Source: an uncultured Oscillospiraceae bacterium
GTDB taxonomy: Bacteria > Bacillota > Clostridia > RUG12999
Assembly: GCA_964418245.1 (NCBI GenBank)
Contig: CAYQKW010000004.1
Span: 22 to 64,021 of the forward strand
Length of the DNA: 64,000 bases
Direction of reading: 5' to 3'
Shown here piece by piece: positions 20,958-29,554 of the stretch. Each line of letters starts with the position of its first letter. Position 1 is the stretch's first letter. Made by a program: the position numbers and the translations under genes. The notes below the pieces were generated by a model, which was not told the DNA's origin, ran no database searches, and was given only the letters and a program-made list of their open reading frames with translations.

Positions 20958-20986
20958 CCGCATTTTCGGGCAGATGTTATCCGCCC
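20958..20986 (-). repeat. recurrent 3'-end hairpin motif (copy B); putative terminator of the kinase-RRE-peptidase cassette
   Basis: ccgcattttc-gggcaga-tgtta-tccgccc. On the transcribed (minus) strand this reads gggcggataacatctgccc with a G-U wobble, then gaaaatgcgg, exactly as in copy A. Confidence 0.5.
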
Positions 20987-21035
20987 GGAAATGCGTAAGT
21001 GTTTTTGTGGTAATTATGCATTCGCAATACCGTAT

Positions 21036-21206
21036 TTACGGATACATGGGAATGTCTTCTCCGGATTTGCTTCGGGAACTTATGTTTTCGGCAAGATTTT
21101 TAAGTTCCTTGATGTTGTTGAATGTTGCGCCGCTCTGTATTATTGTTTCTTGAATGAACGACGGCAATGATTTGAAATACATTTCCGTATCGTTTTCAAA
21201 TTTCAT
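21036..21206 (-). CDS. 56-aa hypothetical protein, candidate substrate/precursor of the upstream kinase-RRE-peptidase genes
   Basis: Not in the ORF track (below 60 aa). Hand translation: MKFENDTEMYFKSLPSFIQETIIQSGATFNNIKELKNLAENISSRSKSGEDIPMYP. SD GAGGTGA lies 7 nt upstream and overlaps the stop of the peptidase gene. Confidence 0.5.
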   Translation of the reverse strand: MKFENDTEMYFKSLPSFIQETIIQSGATFNNIKELKNLAENISSRSKSGEDIPMYP

Positions 21207-21227
21207 AAAGCCTTCACCTCGGCTTTA

Positions 21228-21695
21228 TTATATCCGTTTTTTTCGCCGTTTATTCCTGTGTATTCTTTTCATCGCACATTTCATCATAAAAGGACGCAGA
21301 AATATAAAATTCGTCCATATATGCACAAGAAGATTGTATTTGAAGTCGTTTATGCCGATTATCGAACCGCGTCTTTCAAGTGCTGTTGCCGCCGCAACAA
21401 TCTGATTTTCGTGTATCGGATATTCAATATCCGTCTGATTATCCCCACAAAGTTTAAAATCACCGTTTTTTGTTCCGACTATTCTGTGCAGTACATAATG
21501 CCCGTTGTCACGTTTGTACAATATTATATCATATTTTTTGTATTTGCTTTTGCGTTCAAGAAAAACGCTGTCTCTCTGCTCAATCAGGGTGGGATACATA
21601 CTGTTGCCGCGCACTTTGAATTTAACCCGATTGCCGTTTTTTAAGCTTTCTTCGATAATCGGGATCATTTCCGAAATATCAACTTCATTCTTCAT
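21228..21695 (-). CDS. soluble S26 signal-peptidase-I-like protein (Ser/His, SipW/ER-type configuration)
   Basis: Ser box VRGNSMYPTL. ...HYVLHRIVG has a His where P-type SPases and LexA carry the general-base Lys. No N-terminal TM anchor. Start ambiguous (21668-21767); the ORF-track start would overlap the PqqD gene by 83 nt. Confidence 0.55.
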   Translation of the reverse strand: MKNEVDISEMIPIIEESLKNGNRVKFKVRGNSMYPTLIEQRDSVFLERKSKYKKYDIILYKRDNGHYVLHRIVGTKNGDFKLCGDNQTDIEYPIHENQIVAAATALERRGSIIGINDFKYNLLVHIWTNFIFLRPFMMKCAMKRIHRNKRRKKRI

Positions 21696-21960
21696 ATTCA
21701 ATAATTCCGTTTTTATCCAAAACCGCAATAAATTCGTCTGTATCTTTTCCGGCTTCTTCTTTTTCAACTCCGGTATATTCGTGCATCAAAGCTTCAATAA
21801 GTTCTTCGCGTGTTTTGTGTTCTTTCAAGCATTCCCACAAAAACGCACCGGTCTCGTTGAGTGTTATCATTCCGTTAAAATCGACAAGGTCATTGCCCAT
21901 GGGGATAACAACGTTACTGCCGGCAAGATTTCTCATAACAAATGTACTTTTTATTTTCAT
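21685..21960 (-). CDS. PqqD-family protein (RiPP recognition element)
   Basis: About 91 aa. MKIKSTFVMRNLAGSNVVIPMG...LNETGAFLWECL...EELIEAL...FIAVLDKNGII is a canonical PqqD/RRE fold signature. SD AAGGAG lies 9 nt before the second ATG. The first ATG (21978) overlaps the kinase stop (TAATG). Confidence 0.75.
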   Translation of the reverse strand: MKIKSTFVMRNLAGSNVVIPMGNDLVDFNGMITLNETGAFLWECLKEHKTREELIEALMHEYTGVEKEEAGKDTDEFIAVLDKNGIIEYEE

Positions 21961-21977
21961 TGTAAAATTCTCCTTCA

Positions 21978-22907
21978 TTATTCACCGAAAACCGTATTTT
22001 TCACAAGCTGTGCTGCCTCGTGCGATATGTTGCAGCCAAGCATATATATCGGAACAGAGGTTAAAAGTTCGGAAACGAAATTCAGTGTTTTTTCAAGTTT
22101 ATCTTCAAAAACAGGACGCCGTACTTCTTTTAAAACAAGAAACAAAGCTTCTTGAGCACTCAATCTTCTTATGTTGTTTTTTTCACTGCGACTCAACATT
22201 ACAACAGCTTTTAACGGTGCGGATACATTATGGTTAATGTGCGTTTTGCCGCTCCACGGTGTGCCGTGAACAAAAAAACCGTCCGCTTCTGAACTGAGTG
22301 CCGGGGTGTCGTCGTTAATCATTACAACATCATCTTTAAAGCATTCGCACCAAAGCGATGTGTGGGTTGATTTTCCGGTACCCGACGGTGCGGAAAACAA
22401 AATCCCTTCACCTTTATACATAAGGCTTGACGAATGCATTACAATCCCCGAATGTTCAAGTATAAAATACTTAAAAAGATCCCCAAGCATATTAACGCTT
22501 CTTATATCGTTGCCGACACCGCCGTATTTAACAATATCGACTGCGGACATACGTGCGTTTTTTATATTTTTATCAAACTCAATCGACGCGACGTATTCGT
22601 CTTCGTCGCATATGTCATAAATCCCGAAACCGTCGTCGCGGCTGTAGTACTTTCTGAAATCGTGTTCAAATGCCACCAATTTTCCCGAAGGAGCGTCAAT
22701 TTTTGTTTTTTCGGAATATTCAACCGTTAAATCCGCATTTTCAAACGGGGCAACTTTATATTCCGCAAATTCCCCTCGGGAATATTCGGTATCAATCCCG
22801 GATACCGCAATATTAAAACCGGCAATATTATAATATAACATAAGATTATTCACTCCGAAATACCGACGAAACCAAAGTTGCGCGGCAAAATATTTTGATG
22901 ATTGCAT
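21978..22907 (-). CDS. HPr-kinase/phosphorylase C-domain-like putative peptide kinase
   Basis: 309 aa. C-terminal half has an HprK_C-like P-loop, HSSSLMYKGEGILFSAPSGTGKSTHTSLW...VMINDD. An alternative start at Met23 (22841) has SD GGAGTG. Confidence 0.6.
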   Translation of the reverse strand: MQSSKYFAAQLWFRRYFGVNNLMLYYNIAGFNIAVSGIDTEYSRGEFAEYKVAPFENADLTVEYSEKTKIDAPSGKLVAFEHDFRKYYSRDDGFGIYDICDEDEYVASIEFDKNIKNARMSAVDIVKYGGVGNDIRSVNMLGDLFKYFILEHSGIVMHSSSLMYKGEGILFSAPSGTGKSTHTSLWCECFKDDVVMINDDTPALSSEADGFFVHGTPWSGKTHINHNVSAPLKAVVMLSRSEKNNIRRLSAQEALFLVLKEVRRPVFEDKLEKTLNFVSELLTSVPIYMLGCNISHEAAQLVKNTVFGE

Positions 22908-22923
22908 ATATATCTATATTATA

Positions 22924-22952
22924 TTGTACCACATTCGCATATTTTTGTCAAT
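22924..22952 (-). promoter_or_regulatory. sigma-A-type promoter for the kinase-RRE-peptidase cassette
   Basis: On minus: TTGACA - 17 nt (aaaatatgcgaatgtgg) - TACAAT, 17-20 nt upstream of the first ATG of the kinase ORF. Confidence 0.55.
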
Positions 22953-22961
22953 AATAATTTT

Positions 22962-23312
22962 TCATTCTTGCGGGTAATTTTCGCTCCATACCGCAAGCTC
23001 GCGGAATATCGGCAGCATTGCTTTCCCTTTTTCGGTGAGCGAATATTCCACGTGCGGCGGTATTTCGTTAAACTGCTCGCGATGAACAATTCCGTAATGC
23101 TCTAAATCGCGAAGTGTTGAAGTAAGCATTGTGTTTGTTATTTTCGGCAGAGCTTTTTTCAGTTCTCCGAATCGGCACGACGGTTTTCGGCACAGCTCGT
23201 ATATTATATGAGTACGCCATTTTCCGCTTATCAGTTCAAGTGTTTTTCTTACCGGACAATCGGCTGTCGGTTTTGATGACAGTATTTTGTTCAGATATTC
23301 TTCGGATGTCAT
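22962..23312 (-). CDS. HxlR-family transcriptional regulator
   Basis: 117 aa from MTSEEYL... CPVRKTLELISGKWRTHIIYEL...PHVEYSLTEKG is an HxlR-type winged helix. The upstream part of the ORF-track ORF has no coding signal. Confidence 0.75.
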   Translation of the reverse strand: MTSEEYLNKILSSKPTADCPVRKTLELISGKWRTHIIYELCRKPSCRFGELKKALPKITNTMLTSTLRDLEHYGIVHREQFNEIPPHVEYSLTEKGKAMLPIFRELAVWSENYPQE

Positions 23313-23429
23313 ATGTTTCACCTCCGGTATATTAAAATGTACCAAGTATATTTTATTTTCGTACTTGATATTTATTTCTGTATAAAGTATAATATAAATA
23401 CAATAAAAAGTCAAGAGGAGAGAATTATT

Positions 23430-23873
23430 ATGAAAACTGCTGTTATTTATTATTCGGCGCATCACGGAAATACAAAAAAAATACTTGATGTATTTTGTAA
23501 AAGCGATGATGTTGCGTTGATTGATGCCGCAAAAACCCAAAATGCAAATCTTTCGGAATATGATTTAATCGGATTTGCTTCCGGTATATATTATTCAAAA
23601 TTCCACAAATCCGTATTGAGATTTGCCGAAAATAATCTGCCGGAAAACAAAAAAGTATTTTTTGTCTATACGTTCGGGGCAAAAAAAGACGGATATACAA
23701 AGGCGATAAAAAATGTCGCATTGAAAAAATCCTCTGTTATTTTGGGAGAGTTCGGCTGTTTGGGATTCGATACGTTCGGTCCGTTCAAGCTTATCGGCGG
23801 AATAGCAAAGGGGCATCCGAACAGCGATGATTTAAACAATGCAAAAAAATTTTTTAATGATATTGCAAAATAA
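23430..23873 (+). CDS. flavodoxin-family protein
   Basis: 147 aa from MKTAVIYYSAHHGNTKK (flavodoxin-like FMN loop). Divergent from the HxlR gene. SD GAGGAG lies upstream. Confidence 0.65.
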   Translation: MKTAVIYYSAHHGNTKKILDVFCKSDDVALIDAAKTQNANLSEYDLIGFASGIYYSKFHKSVLRFAENNLPENKKVFFVYTFGAKKDGYTKAIKNVALKKSSVILGEFGCLGFDTFGPFKLIGGIAKGHPNSDDLNNAKKFFNDIAK

Positions 23874-23934
23874 AAAATTGTACGGGTAATTTATCGGGCG
23901 GTAACCAAATCAAACATGAAAAAATTCAAAAGGA

Positions 23935-23972
23935 AACAAGCCGTCGGCAATGGCAGATGACGGCTTGTTTTC
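23935..23972 (+). terminator. bidirectional intrinsic terminator
   Basis: aacaagccgtc-(13-nt loop)-gacggcttgtt, 11-bp stem plus tttt. Lies between the convergent flavodoxin and rlmD genes. Confidence 0.5.
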
Positions 23973-24012
23973 AACCTCCGCAAGCCTGTGCAATGAGGTT
24001 TTGACAACTGTT

Positions 24013-25359
24013 TCATATATGCGACATCAACGCAACGCATTCCACATGATGTGAATGCACAAACATATCCACCGGTTGGATTTTTATACATTTATATCCG
24101 TTGTTTTCCAAAAAAGATATATCACGCGCAAGAGTTGCCGGATTGCACGATACATAAGAAATTTTTGACGAATTTATTTCAAGCAACAGATTCAGCAACG
24201 CATTATCACAGCCTTTTCGCGGTGGGTCAACAATCACACAATCAGGAAAAACCCCGTCGTTCAAAAGTTTTTCTGTTATTTCGGCCGCATCGCCGCACAA
24301 AAATTCCGCATTTTCAATTCCGTTGAGCGTGGCATTTTTTTTCGCATTTTCAACGGCACGTTCAACAATTTCGATACCATATACTTTTTTTGCATATTTT
24401 GCCGCATAAAGTGAAATTGTCCCCGTTCCGCAATACAGGTCGAATACCGTATCGCTATCTTTTATATCCGCATATTCAACGGCATATTTATAAAGCTTTT
24501 CCGCTTGAGGCGTGTTTATTTGATAAAAACTTTCGGGCGAAATTTCAAATTTAAGTCCGCACATTTCATCGGTTATAAAACCTTTGCCGAATATTGTTTT
24601 TGTTTGATTTCCCATAACAATATTGGTGCGCTTTTTGTTAATATTCAGCAGAAAAGCGGTAACCCCGGCATTTTTCAGGCGTTCGCTCAAAATTTCGCAA
24701 TGAGGAAGCTCGCTCCCGTTTATAACCAAAAGCAACATGGTTTCGGTTTTTCCCTCGCGTATGTATATGTGCCGAACAAGTCCGCGGCCGCTGTTTTCAT
24801 CGTATATGCTTATATCAAATTCATTCAGAAAATCCGTTACCGCCGCTGTCAGCCGCGAAGAAAATTCTTTTTGAACACAGCATTTTTCAAACGGAATCAC
24901 TCGGTGAGAATTTTTTGAGAAAAAACCACTGTATATCCTGTCGGATTTCATGAGAGGAACTTGTGTTTTGTTTCTGTATCCAAAAGGTATTTCAGCCGGA
25001 ATAACGGGCAGAATTTCGGCCTCGGATTTGCCTATGCGGCGTACCGCACTTTCAACTTTTTCATATTTGAAACGCAGTTGTTCATCATATGCAAGATGCA
25101 TTATGTCGCAGCCGCCGCATTTCCCGAAAACTCCGCATGGAGGAGTTGTGCGGAAAACCGACGGAGAAATCATTTCTTCAATTTTGCCGTAGGCATAGGT
25201 TTTATGCACTTTCAATATTCGTACCGTCAGCTTATCCCCCTTTGCGCAATACGGCACAAAAACAGGGATTCCGCCGGCTTTGCACACCCCGTATCCTTCG
25301 GTTGTGTACGATATGATTTCGGTTTTGTATATATCGTTTTTTGAAAGCAATTTTTTCAC
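24013..25359 (-). CDS. rlmD: 23S rRNA (uracil-C5)-methyltransferase RlmD/RumA (TRAM + 4Fe-4S + SAM MTase)
   Basis: 448 aa. TRAM domain, Cys cluster (CGVFGKCGGC), SAM-binding DLYCGTG and catalytic DPPR motifs. Confidence 0.8.
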   Translation of the reverse strand: MKKLLSKNDIYKTEIISYTTEGYGVCKAGGIPVFVPYCAKGDKLTVRILKVHKTYAYGKIEEMISPSVFRTTPPCGVFGKCGGCDIMHLAYDEQLRFKYEKVESAVRRIGKSEAEILPVIPAEIPFGYRNKTQVPLMKSDRIYSGFFSKNSHRVIPFEKCCVQKEFSSRLTAAVTDFLNEFDISIYDENSGRGLVRHIYIREGKTETMLLLVINGSELPHCEILSERLKNAGVTAFLLNINKKRTNIVMGNQTKTIFGKGFITDEMCGLKFEISPESFYQINTPQAEKLYKYAVEYADIKDSDTVFDLYCGTGTISLYAAKYAKKVYGIEIVERAVENAKKNATLNGIENAEFLCGDAAEITEKLLNDGVFPDCVIVDPPRKGCDNALLNLLLEINSSKISYVSCNPATLARDISFLENNGYKCIKIQPVDMFVHSHHVECVALMSHI

Positions 25360-27272
25360 TCCAGTAAATCATTAATTTCATTAAGCCAAATATCGGCAGC
25401 GGCATCGCTCGGCATACGCCAGTCGCCGCGCGGCGAAAGCGTTACACTGCCGACTTTCGGTCCGTCAGGCAAACACGAACGTTTGAATTGCTGTGCGAAA
25501 AAGCGGCTGTAAAAATTTTTCAGCCATTTCAGCAGTTCGCTGTTTTTATACAGCCCGTCAAATGTGTATTTTGCGATTCTGTATACTTTTGACGGAGAAT
25601 ATGCACGTCTTATGCCGTAATACAAATAAAAATCATGAAGAATATACGGTCCGACCAAATCTTCGGTTTTTTGCGTTATCTCATCATCTGCCGCGGGAAG
25701 AAGCTCCGGACTTACAGGTGTGTCGAGAATATCGTACAAAATATTTTTCAGTTCCGAATCGGTGCAGGTATCGGCATAATATTTCACAAGATATTTTACG
25801 AGCGTTTTCGGTATTGAAGAATTAACACCGTACATAGACATATGGTCGCCGTTATAGGTTGCCCAACCAAGGGCAAGCTCCGATAAATCGCCCGTGCCTA
25901 TCACCATTCCGCCGTGTTTGTTTGCCATATCCATAAGTACCTGAGTGCGCTCGCGCGCCTGTGCATTTTCATAAGTAACGCTGTGGTCGTTTATGTCATG
26001 GTCTATATCCTTAAGGTGCAGTGTGACACTTTCGGAAAGGTTTATTTCACGGAAAGAAACACCGAGCCGTTCGCACAGTTTTGAAGCGTTTGATTTTGTT
26101 CGTGACGTTGTACCGAAACAGGGCATGGTCACGGCAAGTGCATCTTTGCGGCTGCGATTAAGCAGGTCAAGTGTTTTAACCGTTACCAAAAGTGCCAAAC
26201 AAGAATCAAGCCCCCCGGAAATACCCACAACGGCACATTTTGCCCGACTGCAAACCAAACGTTTTTTCAGTCCCGACGCCTGCATGAGAAGTATATCTCC
26301 GCACCGTTTTGAACATTCGCCGGGAGTTTGCGGAATAAACGGAGTTTGCGAAAATTTTCTTGTCAGTTCGGTTTCGGTTATATCCGTTGAAAACGTAACG
26401 TATTTATAACCGTCTTTGCCATATTCGGCAAACGTATTCATTTTTCTGCGTTCACCGTCAAGAAAATATACGTCCGTTTCACTCACGACAAGTCCGTTTT
26501 CAAAAGGAACGGATTCCGCAAGAATTGTTCCGTTTTCCGCGATAATATTATGCCCGGCAAAAACCGTATCCGTTGTGGATTCCCCGTCGCCGGCATCTGC
26601 GTATATATATCCGCAGACATATTTTGCGGATTGCATCGAAACCAAATTTCGGCGGTATTCCGCTTTCGACACAACCTCGTCGCTTGCGGATAAGTTTATG
26701 ATTATATTGGCACCGTGAACCGCATGACTGCCTGACGGAGAAAGCGGAACCCACAAGTCTTCGCAAATTTCTGCGGCAAAAGAAAATTCCGGCATTTCTT
26801 TGCATGAAAAAATTATATTTTTTCCGAAAGGACATTCCTGCCCGAAACAATTTATATTCACAACATCTTCCGGAGCGGAAGAAAAATGGCGTTTTTCGTA
26901 AAATTCACCGTAATTCGGAATATTTGCTTTCGGCACAACCCCCAAAACGCGTCCTTTAAAAATAACCGCCGCACAGTTATACAGTGTTCCGAAAAGCTTG
27001 AGCGGCACACCTATTGCAAATATAATATCAAGATTTTCGGTTGCTTTTATAATGCGCCGAACTTCGTTATCGGCACTTTCGAGCAGCCGCGGCTGTAAAA
27101 ACAAATCTCCGCAGGTGTAGCCCGTAATGCACAGTTCGGGGAAAACAAGAAGCTTGACCCCCTCTTTTTCGGCATTTATAATAATGTTTAAAATATTTTC
27201 AGCATTGAAAACACAGTCCGCAACACGTATTTCGGGTGTTGCCGCCGCCGTTTTGACAAATCCGTCTTTCAT
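25356..27272 (-). CDS. nadE: glutamine-dependent NAD+ synthetase
   Basis: 638 aa. N-terminal nitrilase-like CN-hydrolase domain (FPELCITGY) plus C-terminal NAD synthetase PP-loop (GISGGLDS). Confidence 0.85.
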   Translation of the reverse strand: MKDGFVKTAAATPEIRVADCVFNAENILNIIINAEKEGVKLLVFPELCITGYTCGDLFLQPRLLESADNEVRRIIKATENLDIIFAIGVPLKLFGTLYNCAAVIFKGRVLGVVPKANIPNYGEFYEKRHFSSAPEDVVNINCFGQECPFGKNIIFSCKEMPEFSFAAEICEDLWVPLSPSGSHAVHGANIIINLSASDEVVSKAEYRRNLVSMQSAKYVCGYIYADAGDGESTTDTVFAGHNIIAENGTILAESVPFENGLVVSETDVYFLDGERRKMNTFAEYGKDGYKYVTFSTDITETELTRKFSQTPFIPQTPGECSKRCGDILLMQASGLKKRLVCSRAKCAVVGISGGLDSCLALLVTVKTLDLLNRSRKDALAVTMPCFGTTSRTKSNASKLCERLGVSFREINLSESVTLHLKDIDHDINDHSVTYENAQARERTQVLMDMANKHGGMVIGTGDLSELALGWATYNGDHMSMYGVNSSIPKTLVKYLVKYYADTCTDSELKNILYDILDTPVSPELLPAADDEITQKTEDLVGPYILHDFYLYYGIRRAYSPSKVYRIAKYTFDGLYKNSELLKWLKNFYSRFFAQQFKRSCLPDGPKVGSVTLSPRGDWRMPSDAAADIWLNEINDLLE

Positions 27273-27541
27273 AATCTATAACCTTTCCGCTCACGGTATA
27301 AGTAAAGTTTGCTGTGCCGTGACGTGAGCTGACACGACATAAAAACAATATCTTCTCTTGTAAATAGTATACCATAATTCGGATAAAATTGCAATACAAA
27401 TTTGAAATAAAAAACGGGTTGCATTATATATAAATACAACCCGTTAAAAATATATCGATAAAATCTTCTGCCGCCGCGGAGCGGGCAAGAATATCCGCCA
27501 CGAACCGCACGGTTCGGCATCAAGTGTAAACCGCATTTGAT

Positions 27542-29554
27542 TTAATTATGCCCGTTGCTTACAAAATATTTGTAAATCATCATCGCCGCGTTTGCGCGCG
27601 TGAGATTTTCTTTCGGGCAAAACAAACCGTTTTCGTCGCCCGAAACCACGCCTTTGCCTTTGAGAATTGCCGCAAATCCAACATTTTCGGTCACATCGGC
27701 AAACGGTGATTTGAAAATATCTGTCCGAGCCAGTTCAAACATACCGTTTCCGAGATTGCAAACCAGAATTTTTGCCGCGTCCTCTTTTGTTATGTATGAT
27801 GTTTCATTCGCTTCAACTTCGGCGTTCTCCGGATTGATAACTTCATAAACGTATTCGGGACTGCCGCCGGAAAGCAATATCAAAAAATCCTTTTGCGTAA
27901 TGTTTTCATCCGGTTTGAAACTTTCTCCGGCAAATCCGTGACCAAGTTCCGCAAGCTCTGTTATTTCTTTTTCCGCATAATGATTTTTTATATCGCCGTA
28001 CTTAATAATATCACTTTGATAAACTTTTCCGTTTTTGAGAAGTTCGCCGGTTACCGCATCGGTGCAAAGAGGTTTTCCGTCCGTAAAATCATACACGGGA
28101 ACAAATTTTTTATCATCTGTTTTAATATATACGGGTTTATAATCAACCTGCGAAAACAAGCTTGTTTCCGCCGATAATTTATCTGCCGCTCCCTCTGCCG
28201 ACGGGAATGAAATATCGGTATGGTTTATGCTGTAGTTTGCGGTCTCACCGGTTGTACGGTTAAGCTCGATGTAGATTTTATCATTTGCAAATTTAATCCC
28301 GTTTATATACCGCACATATGTAAAATACCCGTTTCCGAGATATTCTTCCGGTTTATACTCATTGAATTTCGCACCGGCGAATTTTTTTGCGGTTTCATCT
28401 GCCATGATTTTGAGCTGTTCTTCGGGAAGTGTGGTTTCATCCTCTTTTGTCGGATATTTATCAAAGAATGTAACTTCGCCCGTTGCGGCATCGAGCGTTA
28501 CAAATATATGCCCGGACTTATCGGCTTCTTTCGGCACAAAAGTTATTGTTGCCATGTATCTTACCGGAACATCGGGAAAATAAGAATCTTTGTTTATTCC
28601 GAACCAGTCCGCTTCAAAACCTTCTGTCGGCACACATTCTTTTGCAATGCTTATGAGCTTTTCTTTTGTCAGCAGACCCTCTGCCGCATCAAGTTCCTTT
28701 TGTTCAGCTTCGCTGAAATAACCGGCTTCTTCGGGTTCTGCCGCCGCATCGTTCATGCTTACCCCTGTAGCGGAGTATTTGTGCATTTCGGTATCTGCCG
28801 ACGGTATTACCGTTTCGCCGTCATATGCACTTATTTTTTTATCATTTTTCGCCGTATATTGCAAAAAGAGCGTTCTCTCACGTTTGTGCGTATTTCGGTT
28901 ATAATTGTAATTAAACGCATATTCAAGTTCCATGCCGAGTTTTTCGCTGTATTTTTTTATTGCGTCTTCTCTGCCGATTAAATTATCTGCGGATAAAAAC
29001 TCGTGATTTTCCGTTACCGAAACCTCATAGGTACATATTTTCTCCGCGTTTTTATCAAGCACTATCATTCCGCCGTTGTTCACAACTTCAAGACCGTTTT
29101 TTATTCTTTTTATGTTAAACCTATAGCTGTTGTATACCTCCGGCATTTCAACAATAAGTTCCTCCGCCAGTGACGGATTGAGTCTGTCGGCAAGCTGCTG
29201 TGCTTTTTTCACCGCTTCCTCCGCCGAAATTCTGTTTTGAATAAATTTTATTCCGTAAGACGGATATTCCGCGGAATCATCCGAATATCTTGTGATTATT
29301 CCCGATTGAGTACAATTCACATAAAGCTGTTCGTAACTGTCTTTATTCTTCAGCCACGAAAAGGAATAGACAGTTCCGTCCTCTTCGTCATACATATTAC
29401 TGTTGAAATCCGTGTACGAATCGGTGTTGCCTATGCGTTCCTTAACGGTTTTCAAAACCTCTTCCATCGGCAGTGTTTCCGCATTTACCGCCGACAAACC
29501 AAGTATCATTACAAAAAGTATAAGCGCAGATATGCGTTTTTTCATGGGTAACAT
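27542..29554 (-). CDS. secreted repeat-domain protein with C-terminal SLH domains
   Basis: 670 aa. Signal peptide, PepSY/YcdB-like repeated modules, C-terminal SLH motifs (...GLFCPKENLTRANAAMMIYKYF). Confidence 0.55.
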   Translation of the reverse strand: MLPMKKRISALILFVMILGLSAVNAETLPMEEVLKTVKERIGNTDSYTDFNSNMYDEEDGTVYSFSWLKNKDSYEQLYVNCTQSGIITRYSDDSAEYPSYGIKFIQNRISAEEAVKKAQQLADRLNPSLAEELIVEMPEVYNSYRFNIKRIKNGLEVVNNGGMIVLDKNAEKICTYEVSVTENHEFLSADNLIGREDAIKKYSEKLGMELEYAFNYNYNRNTHKRERTLFLQYTAKNDKKISAYDGETVIPSADTEMHKYSATGVSMNDAAAEPEEAGYFSEAEQKELDAAEGLLTKEKLISIAKECVPTEGFEADWFGINKDSYFPDVPVRYMATITFVPKEADKSGHIFVTLDAATGEVTFFDKYPTKEDETTLPEEQLKIMADETAKKFAGAKFNEYKPEEYLGNGYFTYVRYINGIKFANDKIYIELNRTTGETANYSINHTDISFPSAEGAADKLSAETSLFSQVDYKPVYIKTDDKKFVPVYDFTDGKPLCTDAVTGELLKNGKVYQSDIIKYGDIKNHYAEKEITELAELGHGFAGESFKPDENITQKDFLILLSGGSPEYVYEVINPENAEVEANETSYITKEDAAKILVCNLGNGMFELARTDIFKSPFADVTENVGFAAILKGKGVVSGDENGLFCPKENLTRANAAMMIYKYFVSNGHN

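Noticed and set aside
20803-20963. Cys-rich 53-aa minus-strand ORF (MRHKYVTVFLSHHLFLIVFWCFAPVVYISACLTV...) between the hairpin and ybaK, considered as a RiPP precursor.
   Set aside because: It has no SD. Its ATG lies inside the conserved gaaaatgcgg tail of the repeated hairpin element and it runs into the ybaK start codon, so it is most likely a chance ORF.
22907-22962. Gap between the HPrK-like gene and hxlR searched for a precursor-peptide ORF.
   Set aside because: It is only 54 bp and fully occupied by the cassette promoter (TTGACA-17-TACAAT), with no ORF.
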